Below, piece after piece: positions 1 to 11,400 of a stretch of DNA of 64,000 bases; the first letter of the stretch is position 1; the number at the start of each line of letters is the position of its first letter. The notes below the pieces were generated by a model, which was given only the letters and a program-made list of their open reading frames with translations, was not told the origin of the DNA and ran no database searches. Source of the DNA: Laetmonice hystrix (lineage: Eukaryota); the NCBI GenBank assembly GCA_965235115.1, contig OZ249436.1:4218001-4282000 (forward strand). The letters run 5' to 3'. Both the position numbers and the translations under genes were made by a program.

Positions 1-1192
1 CCTGGAACCGTGTCGTCTGGTGTCAAGATTCTCCATTCGGCAACCCTGGAACCGTGTCGTATGGTGTCGGGATTCCCAAGTCGACAACTCTCTGAACCGT
101 GTCGTCTGGGGTCAGGATTCCCCGGTCGACAACCGGTCCCTGAACCGTGTCGTATGGTGTCAGGATTCCCCAGTCGACAACTCCCTGAACCGTGTCGTAT
201 GGTGGCAGGATTCCCCAGTCGGCAAATCCCTAAACCGTGTCGTATGGTGTCAGGATTCCCCAGTCGGCAACTCCCTAAACCGTCTCGTATGGTGTCAGGA
301 TTCCCCAGTCGACAACTCCCTAAACCGTGTCGTCTGGTGTCAGGATTCCCCAGTCGGCAACTCTTGAACCGTGTCGTCTGGTGTCGGGATTCCCCAGTCG
401 GCAACCCTGGAACCGTGCCGTCTGGTGTCAGGATTCCCCAGTCGGCAACTCCCTAAACCGTGTCGTCTGGTGTCAGGATTCCCCAGTCGGCAACTCCCTA
501 AACCGTGCCGTCTGGTGTCAGGATTCCCCAGTCGACAACTCCCTAAACCGTCTCGTATGGTGTCAGGATTCCCCAGTCGACAACTCCCTAAACCGTGTCA
601 TCTGGTGTCAGGATTCCCCAGTCGGCAACTCCTGAACCGTCTCGTATGGTGTCAGGATTCCCCAGTCGGCAACTCCCTGAACTGTGTCGTCTGGTGTCAG
701 GATTCCCCAGTCGACAACTCCCTAAACCGTGTCATCTGGTGTCAGGATTCCCCAGTCGGCAACCCTAGAACCGTGTCGTCTGGTGTCAGGATTCCCCAGT
801 CGGCAACTCCCTGAACTGTGTCGTCTGGTGTCAGGATTCCCCAGTCGGCAACTCCTGAACTGTGTCGTCTGGTGTCAGGATTCCCCAGTCGACAACTCCC
901 TGGAACCGTGTCGTCTGGTGTCAGGATTCCCCAGTCGACAACTCCCTAAACCGTGTCATCTGGTGTCAGGATTCCCCAGTCGGCAACTCCTGAACTGTGT
1001 CGTATGGTGTCAGGATTCCCCAGTCGACAAATCCCTGAACCGTGTCGTCTGGTGTCAGGATTCCCCAGTCGGCAACCCAGGAACCGTGTCGTATGGTGTC
1101 AGGATTCCCCAGTCGGCAACTCTCGAACCGTGTCGTCTGGTGTCAGGATTCCCCAGTCAGCAACTCCTGAACCGTGTCGTCTGGTGTCAGGA
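1..1192. repeat. Minisatellite, ~46-47 bp unit (aaccgtgtcgtctggtgtcaggattccccagtcggcaactccct…), about 25 copies, truncated by window start
   Basis: Direct inspection; source of ORFs 10..1261. Confidence 0.97.
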
Positions 1193-1499
1193 TACGTGAT
1201 GAGTTGGCAGGTAGTAGTTGATGTGTGTGGGGCGAGGGTGTCTCACGGACCACGGGACTGACTGAAGGGAGTATGGACGGGCAGATCAGCAGGAGTGAAG
1301 ACTAGTGCACGTATTGTAATGAGGGCAATCAGCCCCTGATTTTGATGAAGGAATCACGATGCTAGATTTGATCAGCCTCGCCCCAGGCTCCACGGTCTCG
1401 ACAGAACCCCAAGGTTAACCCACGTAGGTGGTGGCCACCTGGTTTAATTCACAGGAGATGTTTGCTGAAAAACTGACCGAGTTCTCATAGTTGTGAGAG

Positions 1500-2080
1500 A
1501 AATGTGCCATTAATGATCAACTCCTCTATTGGAATAATCACGCCGTAAACACTTCATTGTCTACAATTAGAGACTTGTTTGGGGTGTGATTACCAGATAT
1601 TTGATACTGACAAGACTGAAACCATACGTCCTTAAATGTCCAACCCACCCAAGATTGGATCTGTACCAGAGATAACAATGGGCTACGTCAAACGCACTGG
1701 TACGATCGGCAAAAAACGGCCCAATCGACTTGGTGGGGACTTCCTCATGAAACAATCACTAGCAAGTATCACTCCTGTCTTAGAGCGATTCAGAGAACGT
1801 TTAAAAATTCTGGACAACGCAATCCAGAAAGCTGACAACACGCGGCAGGTTCACGTTGAAGATGGTTTGGCCAGCCGCCAACAGGGGGCGACAGCTGTCC
1901 TCCAGAAATACGTCATGGCAGTGACGGATGGGTGCGGAGACCGCCAGGGGGCCATGGAGACCACCATCCCGGTGTCGGTCGTCAAGGAGACAACCAGGCC
2001 CGATATGGGACGCCGGGAGAGGACAGTTCTTCCGGTCGGGATACTGCCCACCATACGGAGGACAAGAACAAGGTGAAACA
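1500..2080 (+). mobile_element. Possible highly degraded RTE-like non-LTR retrotransposon C-terminal fragment
   Basis: Scattered, frame-broken motifs: HWYDR (~1695), R*RWFGQ (1854-1874, cf. RLRWFGH), GWVRRPPGG. Weak. Confidence 0.3.
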
Positions 2081-2349
2081 TGAATGGCAAGGTCACGCAA
2101 GGTCGTGGTAAACATGGCCTTGTTAAACAGATACATTCTCAATATAGTTTTGTCGCAGATACCATATAACATAAATATGAGTGTGCTAATGTTATAGCCC
2201 CCCCGTTTCTTCTTTTGGAACACTTCCCTAAGACATCTTTTTTTGCATCGTTATAATAGATAGAATGAACAGCCGTGAAGTTGCCCTTTTGACAGTGTTT
2301 GAACACACCCATTCTACACAAGTGTTACTTACTTTCATTAGCACCACTT

Positions 2350-2820
2350 GGGTCCATACTGTGTAAGGTAGGTTAAGGTCGCCGAGTACACTGTTCGGTT
2401 TGGCCAACGTAACCGTCAGAACACTAGAGGTATCAGATTATCTGGGTCCATACATGTAAGGTAGGTTAAGGTCGCCGAGTACACTGTTCGGTTTGGCCAA
2501 CGTAACCGTCAGAACACTAGAGGTATCAGATTATCTGGGTCCATACATGTAAGGTAGGTTAAGGTCGCCGAGTACACTGTTCGGTTTGGCCAACGTAACC
2601 GTCAGAACACTACCAGAGGTATTAGATTATCTGGGTCCATACATGTAAGGTAGGTTAAGGTCGCCGAGTACACTGTTCGGTTTGGCCAACGTAACCGTCA
2701 GAACACTAGAAGAGGTATCAGATTATCTGGGTCCATACATGTAAGGTAGGTTAAGGTCGCCGAGTACAATGTTCGGTTTGGCCAACGTAACCGTCAGAAC
2801 ACTAGAGGTATCAGATTATC
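2350..2820. repeat. Tandem repeat, ~93-96 bp unit, 5 copies
   Basis: gggtccatacatgtaaggtaggttaaggtcgccgag… recurs at ~2350, 2444, 2537, 2632, 2729. Confidence 0.95.
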
Positions 2821-3129
2821 GTAGAAACCAAGCAAATGACTTTAATCCAAAACGTTCTGTAAACTGATCTTTGATCCAATGGAGAATGCTTACGCTAATT
2901 CAATCTAAGTACTCTTTAATCGTCGGGTTGGGGATCTAATATGGATCTTATGTGTTCATTCTACTGTTTAATCGTCGGGTTGGGGATCTAATATGGATCT
3001 TATGTGTTGATTTCTGGATCAGAACGGATTAGTTTAGTGGATTTAGGGGTAATCCGTCGAACTGGTTGAGAGTGGCATGGGACTTATTGTCAGTGATGGA
3101 GGGATGTGGCCGGCACCCCCGTGTGATCC

Positions 3130-3850
3130 CAGGCAATGGTAACAATGGCACAGTTTTGTGTCAAGGGAATGGTAGTAATGGCACAGTTTTGTGTCAAATG
3201 AATGGTAATAAGGGCACAGTTTTGTGTCAAGGGAATGGTAATAATGGTACAGTTTTGTGTCAAAGGAATGGTAATAAGGGCACAGTTAGCTAATGGGTTT
3301 GTGTCAAGGGAATGGTAACAGTGGCACAGTAAGCTAATGGGGTTGTGTCAAGGGAATAGTAACAGTGGCACAGTTTTGTGTCAAGGGGATGGTAACAATA
3401 GCACAGTTAGCTAATGGGTTTGTGTCAAGGGAATGGTAACAGTGACACAGTAAGCTAATGGGGTTGTGTCAAGGGAATGGTAACAGTGGCATAGTAATCT
3501 AATGGGAAATAGGGAATAGAACTAAGAGTGGCATAGTTTTGTGTTAAGGGAATGACAACAATAGCACAGTTTTGTGTCAAGGCAATGATAACAATAGCAC
3601 AGTTAGCTAATGGGATTGTGTCAAGGGAATGGTAACAGTGGCACAGTTAGCTAATGGGGTTGTGTCAAGGGAAAGGGGACAATAATACCGTTAGTTAATG
3701 GGTTTGTTTCCAGGGAATAGTACAGTTTTGTGTCAAGGCAATGATAACAATAGCACAGTTTTGTGTCAAGGCAATGATAACAATAGCACAGTTAGCTAAT
3801 GGGTTTGTGTCAAGAGAATTGTAACAGTGGCACAGTTAGGTAACGGGTGT
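3130..3850. repeat. Degenerate minisatellite (~33/44 bp units, gtgtcaagggaatggtaacagtggcacagt…)
   Basis: Direct inspection. Confidence 0.9.
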
Positions 3851-6800
3851 ATGTCCCGTGGGCGGGGCGGTTACAATGCATGCTGGACCTTAGGCAGACT
3901 GATGGAAAACGCAAGTCACTTAAAAAAGAAATAAAAAAAGACGACCCCATAAAAATAGGTGCCTAAAGCCGTCATTGTTTACAAACATGCACCTAAAGCT
4001 TTTAGACTGCACTGGTCTAACAAGTGGACCACCAAGCCCTCATCGTTTTGTTTAGTGAAACGATTTTTATTGTCAGATTGGTGTTGAGTGCTCGTCACTA
4101 GGATCTATAGAAGGAGACACCGAGTTTGAGCCAGCGCTACCACCGATTGCCAATACAATTTTCCAGACTGCTGTTGACCTAGCTGTTCAGCACCCCCTAA
4201 TTAATATTAATTAGTTAATAGTAAGCCGTGGTTAGAGCGGGGTACTCGTACTGGAATGTTATCGGAACAATCAGACATACCATGGCCTCGGCCAGGCAGA
4301 ACTGGTGGCAAAGTCCACTAACACTATCCACACTGGAGGACTGACACGATTTTATAGGACCCACCATCTTCTAGGGTAGAGGTTCTGGTAGGTGTCTGCC
4401 GTTCGAGGTAGGCTAACCAGACGAAAACATCTGGGACTATTAGTTGCCTACCGTCCAGGGCCAAGCTTCCGTTAACCCCCATGGAGTAAATATTGAACAT
4501 TCTCCAGGACGGAAGCGTGAATGTAAATTTTGAGGTTCTCCAGGACTAAGCGCCTCCATGCCGGTGCCCCAGCGTCCTCCAGTTCTACCACTTTCAAGTG
4601 GTCGCCAGGTGAATTTCTCTAGTATCGTGGAATATTCCAGGGATGTTGTCCGGCTAGAAATGCCTGGATAGTGACATATGGTCTGTCATCGACATGCGAG
4701 GTTGAGGTCAACATGTGTGGCTCTGACCATTCCCGACTGAGGGTCATACTCGACACCTGAGGGCCTTGAAAAAGCCACAAGATGACATCAATGGCATCAG
4801 GGATGTCCCTGGATGAGATGCACATCTATTGACAGACCAGGACCAGCAGATGTACCGCCAGCTGCCCCTGACGCGGGCAGATGCCCAGCAGATGTTGGGA
4901 ACAGAGTCCCTACAGCTGTACGTCCGGCGGTCGAGCTCGAGAGGGTCGTCTGCGGAGTACCGCCCCTCTCCACCGCCAGGTGGCAGGGAGGGCCGGGTCC
5001 TCCCAAGGCGGGCCCAGTACATAGAACAGAAAAGGTGCGGCATGTTTCAGCAGCACGTGCCCACAAGGGGGCGTAAGTTGTCACCTCTATATCCTCACAG
5101 CATACTCACTGTATCTCCCTGAACTTTTCTGTCTCAGTCTCTTTTATTTTATACACAAACAGTATCTTGAAATAGTGCTTTTTAGTGATATTCTGTTTTA
5201 CTGGTAGACAGATTAGGTTTAGATTTCAGATGTTTTTGATCTCCAAGTTGTCAGCGGGCCCGGAAGGTGATATAACATGAGACCTTTAGCCGGCGTGGAG
5301 ATGTTATTCAGAGGGTAGTATTGTCCTAATTAGTTTGGTGGAAGGTTTGGCCCAGGGCCAGGAGACCGACACGTGTAATAGCAGGGACTGGCAGTCAGTC
5401 AGTACGGTCATCATTTATTTATACAGGGTTATGGGCCCTCGTGTCTGATCACTGATGACGCAACAATCGGACTGTGCGCATGGTTCACCGGAAAAAAAGT
5501 TGTTTATCATGTTAGGTTATGTTGTAGGCGAAATTACAAGATTACCCATGTGACATATCAAAATTACAAGCTTCCCCATGTGACATATCAAAATTACAAG
5601 ATTCCCCATGTGATATATCGAACATCTTTCTATCCATGATAAAACAGAGTTTTATTGTATGGCCGACATACTTTTACACATGCCAATATGGGTCTTATTT
5701 CTGAAGATTGGCCTTCATTCTTCTAGCTCCAGATAGACTAGAAACAAAGGCATTCATAAGGACTGGTTTTACTTTTATATAACCAACTCGCCCCCCCCCC
5801 CCCCACCAACTATCAATAGCTTCCGACACCCCTGAGAGGGCAACAGTTTCGTCAGTGTTTGCTAGCCTGGTCCCCGGTGCCTACCATACGCATCCGCTTG
5901 ATGTTAGGCCCGGTGATGGCTAACAGAAAGCTGTAAAACGGAAGTGGTGATCTCCAAGCACTTCCGCCTCGGAGCTAATCACTTCCGCCTCCGGTCCGTT
6001 GGTCAGCGTTAACAGAGTGATTGACTTCTGCTTGGAGCGTGGCCGGGAGTGGCCAACAATAGCAACATGCCCCTGCGTATGCAGACCGTAGCAGGTGTGG
6101 GGACTGCTGACGCTATGTTTACATCCAGAAAAGCGAGGACATTTAACACTTGTATTTTAAAGGGATTGACGAAAATATTTGTGTCTTGTTGGAGAAATAC
6201 GGAGGGTACGGAACTATACCTCGTTTGCGTCCATGTTTTCGATGGGCCAATCACAACGCTTGCTTCGATTGGCCATCACCAGGCTCCATATACGTAGTGT
6301 ATACGTAGTGTTTAGACCGGGGACCAGGCTAATTGTTTGCTTGTGTTACGGTTCTCAACAAAATTAGATACGATGTATTTCTTTGATGTTACATTTTGAA
6401 GTTATGATGCGCCATATTGCGTAATGTACATGATAAAAACTTGGTGAACTATTGTGGGTGAAGGTAGCCTTCAGCCGGGGTTCCCTGTGTACGTTTCCGT
6501 TATCCGGTTCCGATTCGATCGGTTATACCTAGTTCCTATGGGAGCGTTTCCTTGTCTACGTTTCGTAGTCTGATTGTAACCATGGAAACGCCCTCGGCAC
6601 ATGGAAACGCTCTCGGTTCCATGAATCCAGGATGATGTAAGATTCAGGAGTTGAACAGTCTCGATGATCCAGACCCTCAGGCTTGGTCGGAGATGGTTGA
6701 AGGTGCAGACCAGAGAAACTGGAACCATTACAAAACGGTGACAGAAAACAGGATGATTAATGATATCTTCCCGAACTGAACTGGTTGGTCGAGGTCCGAG

Positions 6801-8276
6801 GGCACGAGACGGACCCTGTGAAAGTTTGAACAAGAAGAATTAGAACACTCAAGATGACTCGAGTCACCGAGATGGTTGGCTGAGAGAAAGGAAACTAAAA
6901 CAGACTTTGTCACCTGTCATTGGTCATTACGGTGACCTCATGACCTTGACTGTGGGGTTGTCGGGATTTATTTGGTGTTCTCCATGTTACAGACATGTGG
7001 AGTGAGTTACCTCAGCTAAGAGGAACCTTGTGTTTAGTGTTGGCTTGGTTTGAGAGTCATACACTCATTGACACATCCACTGGGACTGTTGAGTGTGTTA
7101 TCTCACGGCTGGATTACTGTGGCTTCCCCGTCTTGAGGATATACTGATTGTTGACGTCAGAAATATATCATAACGTGATAAGGATTTACTATAATCACTC
7201 GTCAAAATTCTTGACCTTAGTGTTCTAGCAGTCTAAATGAACATTGCAGCCGTGCGGCGTGCTAACCTCATTCCACGGTCGTCTACGTGGATGCCTGTAG
7301 CCATGACCATGTTGGAATGACTGTATACAAGTGATAGCCCACCCTAGGATTACATAAAGCAATGAATATATCGGGCTGGAATTACACCGTTTATGTGTGA
7401 ACGCGCGTAGGATTGTAAAAAGAACCAAGGGGAAGTGGAGACTGGACAAGGTGGCAAGGACCAGGATGGCACAATAAGTTTCTTTCTCTGTCGGCCTTCG
7501 TTTCTTACCAGGGCACCAGTCTGTAAAACATGGAATTTTACCACAAATAATGACTGAAGTGAAAAATGCATCGTCCAGTTCAGACATGAGAAAACGGCTT
7601 TCAGGAGTAGGACAGTCGAACACATTCGTCTTCTCTGAATCGTAGTGTATTGTCATTTGGAGACTAACTCGATCATGGCAAGATCCGGCCAACCTCCTCC
7701 CGGAGAAATCCTACGTTGGACGTGTTTATTCCCAGCATGCCACATAGGTGACGTCAGATCAGGAGCAGACGTACGATGTACCGACCGTCGCGCGTCCACG
7801 GCCCCGGCCTGTCAACGTCACGCGCCACGGGCACGTCATAGACGTGGATACATGGTCGTGACGCCAACTAGTCGGTATACGGGCTCTGTACTTTACAGAT
7901 TAGAACAATATAAGAGCAGGCACGAAACTTATGTAGGGGAACGATTAGGGAACGGGGGAAAATAGGATTCTATGAATGACGATGGCGCCCTGTCCCTTTG
8001 ATCGCGCTTGACCCCATCGTCCTTCACCTTCATCTTTAAGGCTTGAAGGTCATTAAAATTTGACGTCAATATGTTTGAGCCATTTTTATAGAGTATTACT
8101 TTGGCTGAAGTTTAAGGTAACTGTGCCTTGATATCTTGGTTTGTGGGGAGCCAAGGCCAATGATGCTGAAAAAAAAACTTCTGTGCACAAGTCTATCCTT
8201 TCTTAGTTCATCCTGGCCTACCCCACCCATTCATCCATGTTGATTAAAATCTCCGCACTTTGCCAACTGTTGACAG

Positions 8277-8424
8277 TTTTGATGACATCGCCTGTGTGGG
8301 GGAGTCGCACAGTTTGTCAGAGATCTCACTCGATGGCAACCCGTTCTCCCAGGATCCGGCCTACAAACAGGCTGTACTCCGGCACATGCAGCAACTCCGG
8401 CAACTCGATATGAAGAGAGTCACG
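8277..8424 (+). CDS. LRRC49: LRRC49 exon (LRR-cap region: FDDIACVGESHSLSEISLDGNPFSQDPAYKQAVLRHMQQLRQLDMKRVT)
   Basis: ttgacag|...acg|gttagt; 148 nt, phase 2 to 0. Confidence 0.92.
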
Positions 8425-11400
8425 GTTAGTCACACATAAATCCAGTAAAACCGCATGTTCTTTTTCTCTATTTTCCCCCGCTTAGAGTTCAGTACGGTGA
8501 TGACGCACACGCAGGTGACCTACCACCAGCCGCTAAGCTGGTGGTAGGTCAGTCATTAGCCACCCATGAAAATATGGGGGGGGGGGGGGTCTTCAATATT
8601 CGTGAATTTGAGGCCCTAAGTTTTAGCTAACCTACTCATGTAGGTGAAGTACCATTGCAGAATATTGATTGATGTTTTTCATGACCACCTGCAAGTCCGC
8701 ACGCAGTGTAACTGGAAATTAGAAACCTCATGATTTATTGCTGATTGGCCTTGCTAATTAGTCTGTAATTAGGGAATTGAGCGGTTGGGTGGGGGTGGGG
8801 GAGCCTAAGGTACCGGTAGGCATTTTGAAAAATAATAAAGCCAGAAAACTTTGTGGGGAGTCCTGGTTGACTGGCTCCCTGTGAATGTTGACCGTCTGCC
8901 TGTGAATGTTGACTGTCTGCCTGTGAATGTTGACCTTCTGCCTGTGAATGTTGACCGTCAGCCTGTGAATGTTGACCTTCTGCCTGTGAATGTTGACCGT
9001 CAGCCTGTGAATGTTGACCGTCAGCCTGTGAATGTTGACCGTCAGCCTGTGAATGTTGACCGTCAGCCTGTGAATGTTGACCGTCTGCCTGTGAATGTTG
9101 ACCGTCTGCCTGTGAATGTTGACCGTCAGCCTGTGAATGTTGACCGTCTGCCTGTGAATGTTGACTGTCAGCCTGTGAATGTTGAACGTCAGCCTGTGAA
9201 TGTTGACCGTCTGCCTGTGAATGTTGACCTTCTGCCTGTGAATGTTGACTGTCAGCCTGTGAATGTTGACCGTCTGCCTGTGAATGTTGACCGTCTGCCT
9301 GTGAATGTTGACCGTCTGCCTGTGAATGTTGACCGTCTGCCTGTGAATGTTGACTGTCAGCCTGTGAATGTTGACTGTCAGCCTGTGAATGTTGACCGTC
9401 TGCCTGTGAATGTTGACTGTCAGCCTGTGAATGTTGACCGTCTGCCTGTGAATGTTGACCGTCTGCCTGTGAATGTTGACCGTCTGCCTGTGAATGTTGA
9501 CTGTCAGCCTGTGAATGTTGACCGTCAGCCTGTGAATGTTGACCGTCTGCCTGTGAATGTTGACTGTCAGCCTGTGAATGTTGACCGTCAGCCTGTGAAT
9601 GTTGACTGTCAGCCTGTGAATGTTGACCGTCTGCCTGTGAATGTTGCTGCAGGAAGACGAACGGAGGATTGCCAGTGTCATGGCCCGTAAGGAGGAGGAG
9701 AAGAAACGGGAAACTAACAAGGTGCAAATTATGAAGGTGAGTTCAAACTTGTAATCTAAGCAAAGATTGTACTAGTACAATCTTTGATCTAAGGCCGGGT
9801 GGTACCGGTAGTCAACTTGTGACAGTCATTTGTCACATAAGGGGGTTTTCTGGTAAATTATAGGGTTAGGCCAAATCAACAGCATGATATCAAGGTCAAA
9901 AGTCGTGTATCAAATGACAAATGACACGTTTATTTCGAACATGAACATCAGAGTTCTACATTGTTTAGTTTTAAAACTGTTGTCAAATCTGTGATACAGT
10001 AGGGGCAGATCTAGGAAATATTACGGAGCTAGAACCCCCGTCCCCCTTTCACCATTTTTTTTCTACTAAAGTTTTCAAAAAATGCCTGTTGGACCACACC
10101 TACCAGAACCCAGGATCTGCGGTTATACAATACTTGTTAGCTGCCGTAGAGAATGAATTAATGATTTATTACACAATAATTCTAGAGGAGGGACATTTTG
10201 TGTTGACATTAGGAGCGGCGCCGACTAGCCATCAACAATGCCCGCCGACAGTGGGATGTAATGCAAGGTTCAATCATGGCTCGTACTAACAAGTTAGTAC
10301 GTGGGGCCATGCCTGACCTGGTCGCTAGCCACGTCGGTAACATCCCAAACTCTGACCTCAATGACGACGAGGAGGATGCCGGGTCAAGGTCAGTCAGAGG
10401 TCATTCACTCTCAGGGTCAAGGTTAGGCAGTGCTCACGGGGTGGGCCACTGTAATCCAGACACTGTACAGCGTGGATGGTCCTGATATGTTTGGTTGCAG
10501 AAATTTCATCTCAGTATATTTCAGTTTTCTTTAGTTTGCATGTGTAATTGTGTACCATGTCCTGTATACTTGACCATGCATGTGACCGAGTGGTTTTTAG
10601 TAGTATCTTTTGCTATCTACCCTCTGACAGCATGTGTTTTTTCTGGATCTAAAACCCAAGAGTAGTAGAAAGTCCTTGTTTCAAACCCTGCGCCCCAACC
10701 AGTACCTCACTCCCCCACTGGGATCCAAGTGCAGTTTTGAAAACAACGCATTCATTTCTTTTGCTTACATTTATTGTTTTCATTGCCTGTTGGCTAAAAA
10801 TGAGGAGACATAAGAATTGTGACAAGGTTTCGGTTCTAAAGAAATATGTAATGATATCAAATTAGCCTGTTCAAGGCTGCTAGGTGTACAACCGTCAAAA
10901 ACCTGATATTTCTGTGTTCCAGATGGCTGAAAAACAATTGGCCCCGGGGGTATGTAGATGTTCTGTGTGTCCGCCCCTAACAACAACAACCCCTAGTGGC
11001 CAAAACTGGCATCACATGAGAAATTCAATGTTTCGGTCTTGTAATATACCTCGGACTCTAGTCTCACGTAGACAGATTTCATGTTAACCCAGTTATCCTG
11101 TAAATACGGAGGGTAGCCATCTTAAAGGCAGGGTAAACACCCACGGCAAATAAGGTTCATACACCAAAAGAAACACCAGCATTTACCTCAGGGCAATAAA
11201 TGCCACAATTACGTTGTCTGAATGAAGTAATTAACGTGTAAACGCCCGATGTATGACGCCGCTGGTTCTTACCTTGACCTTCTTGTGTGTTCATCAGAGC
11301 CGAATGCTGCACACCGCAGCGTATTGCGTACCATTACGTGTTACTCTGCTCACAGACCTTGTCTACACGATGTTTGGAGTCCCAACGTTTGTAAACGTCC

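Noticed and set aside
10..1261. Overlapping repetitive ORFs
   Set aside because: Minisatellite artefacts.
4835..5072. GC-rich segment bounded by ttgacag and gtaagt, exon-like
   Set aside because: No frame resembles the expected upstream LRRC49 LRR exon or any protein I recognise; left uncalled.
7225..7692. 155-aa minus ORF ending CNVHLDC, reminiscent of a piggyBac Cys-rich tail
   Set aside because: Cys spacing incomplete; no DDD domain, TIR or TTAA support.
8735..9727. 330/320/279-aa ORFs (QHSQADG, VNIHRQT, PVNVDR repeats)
   Set aside because: Translations of a 21-bp tandem repeat on both strands.
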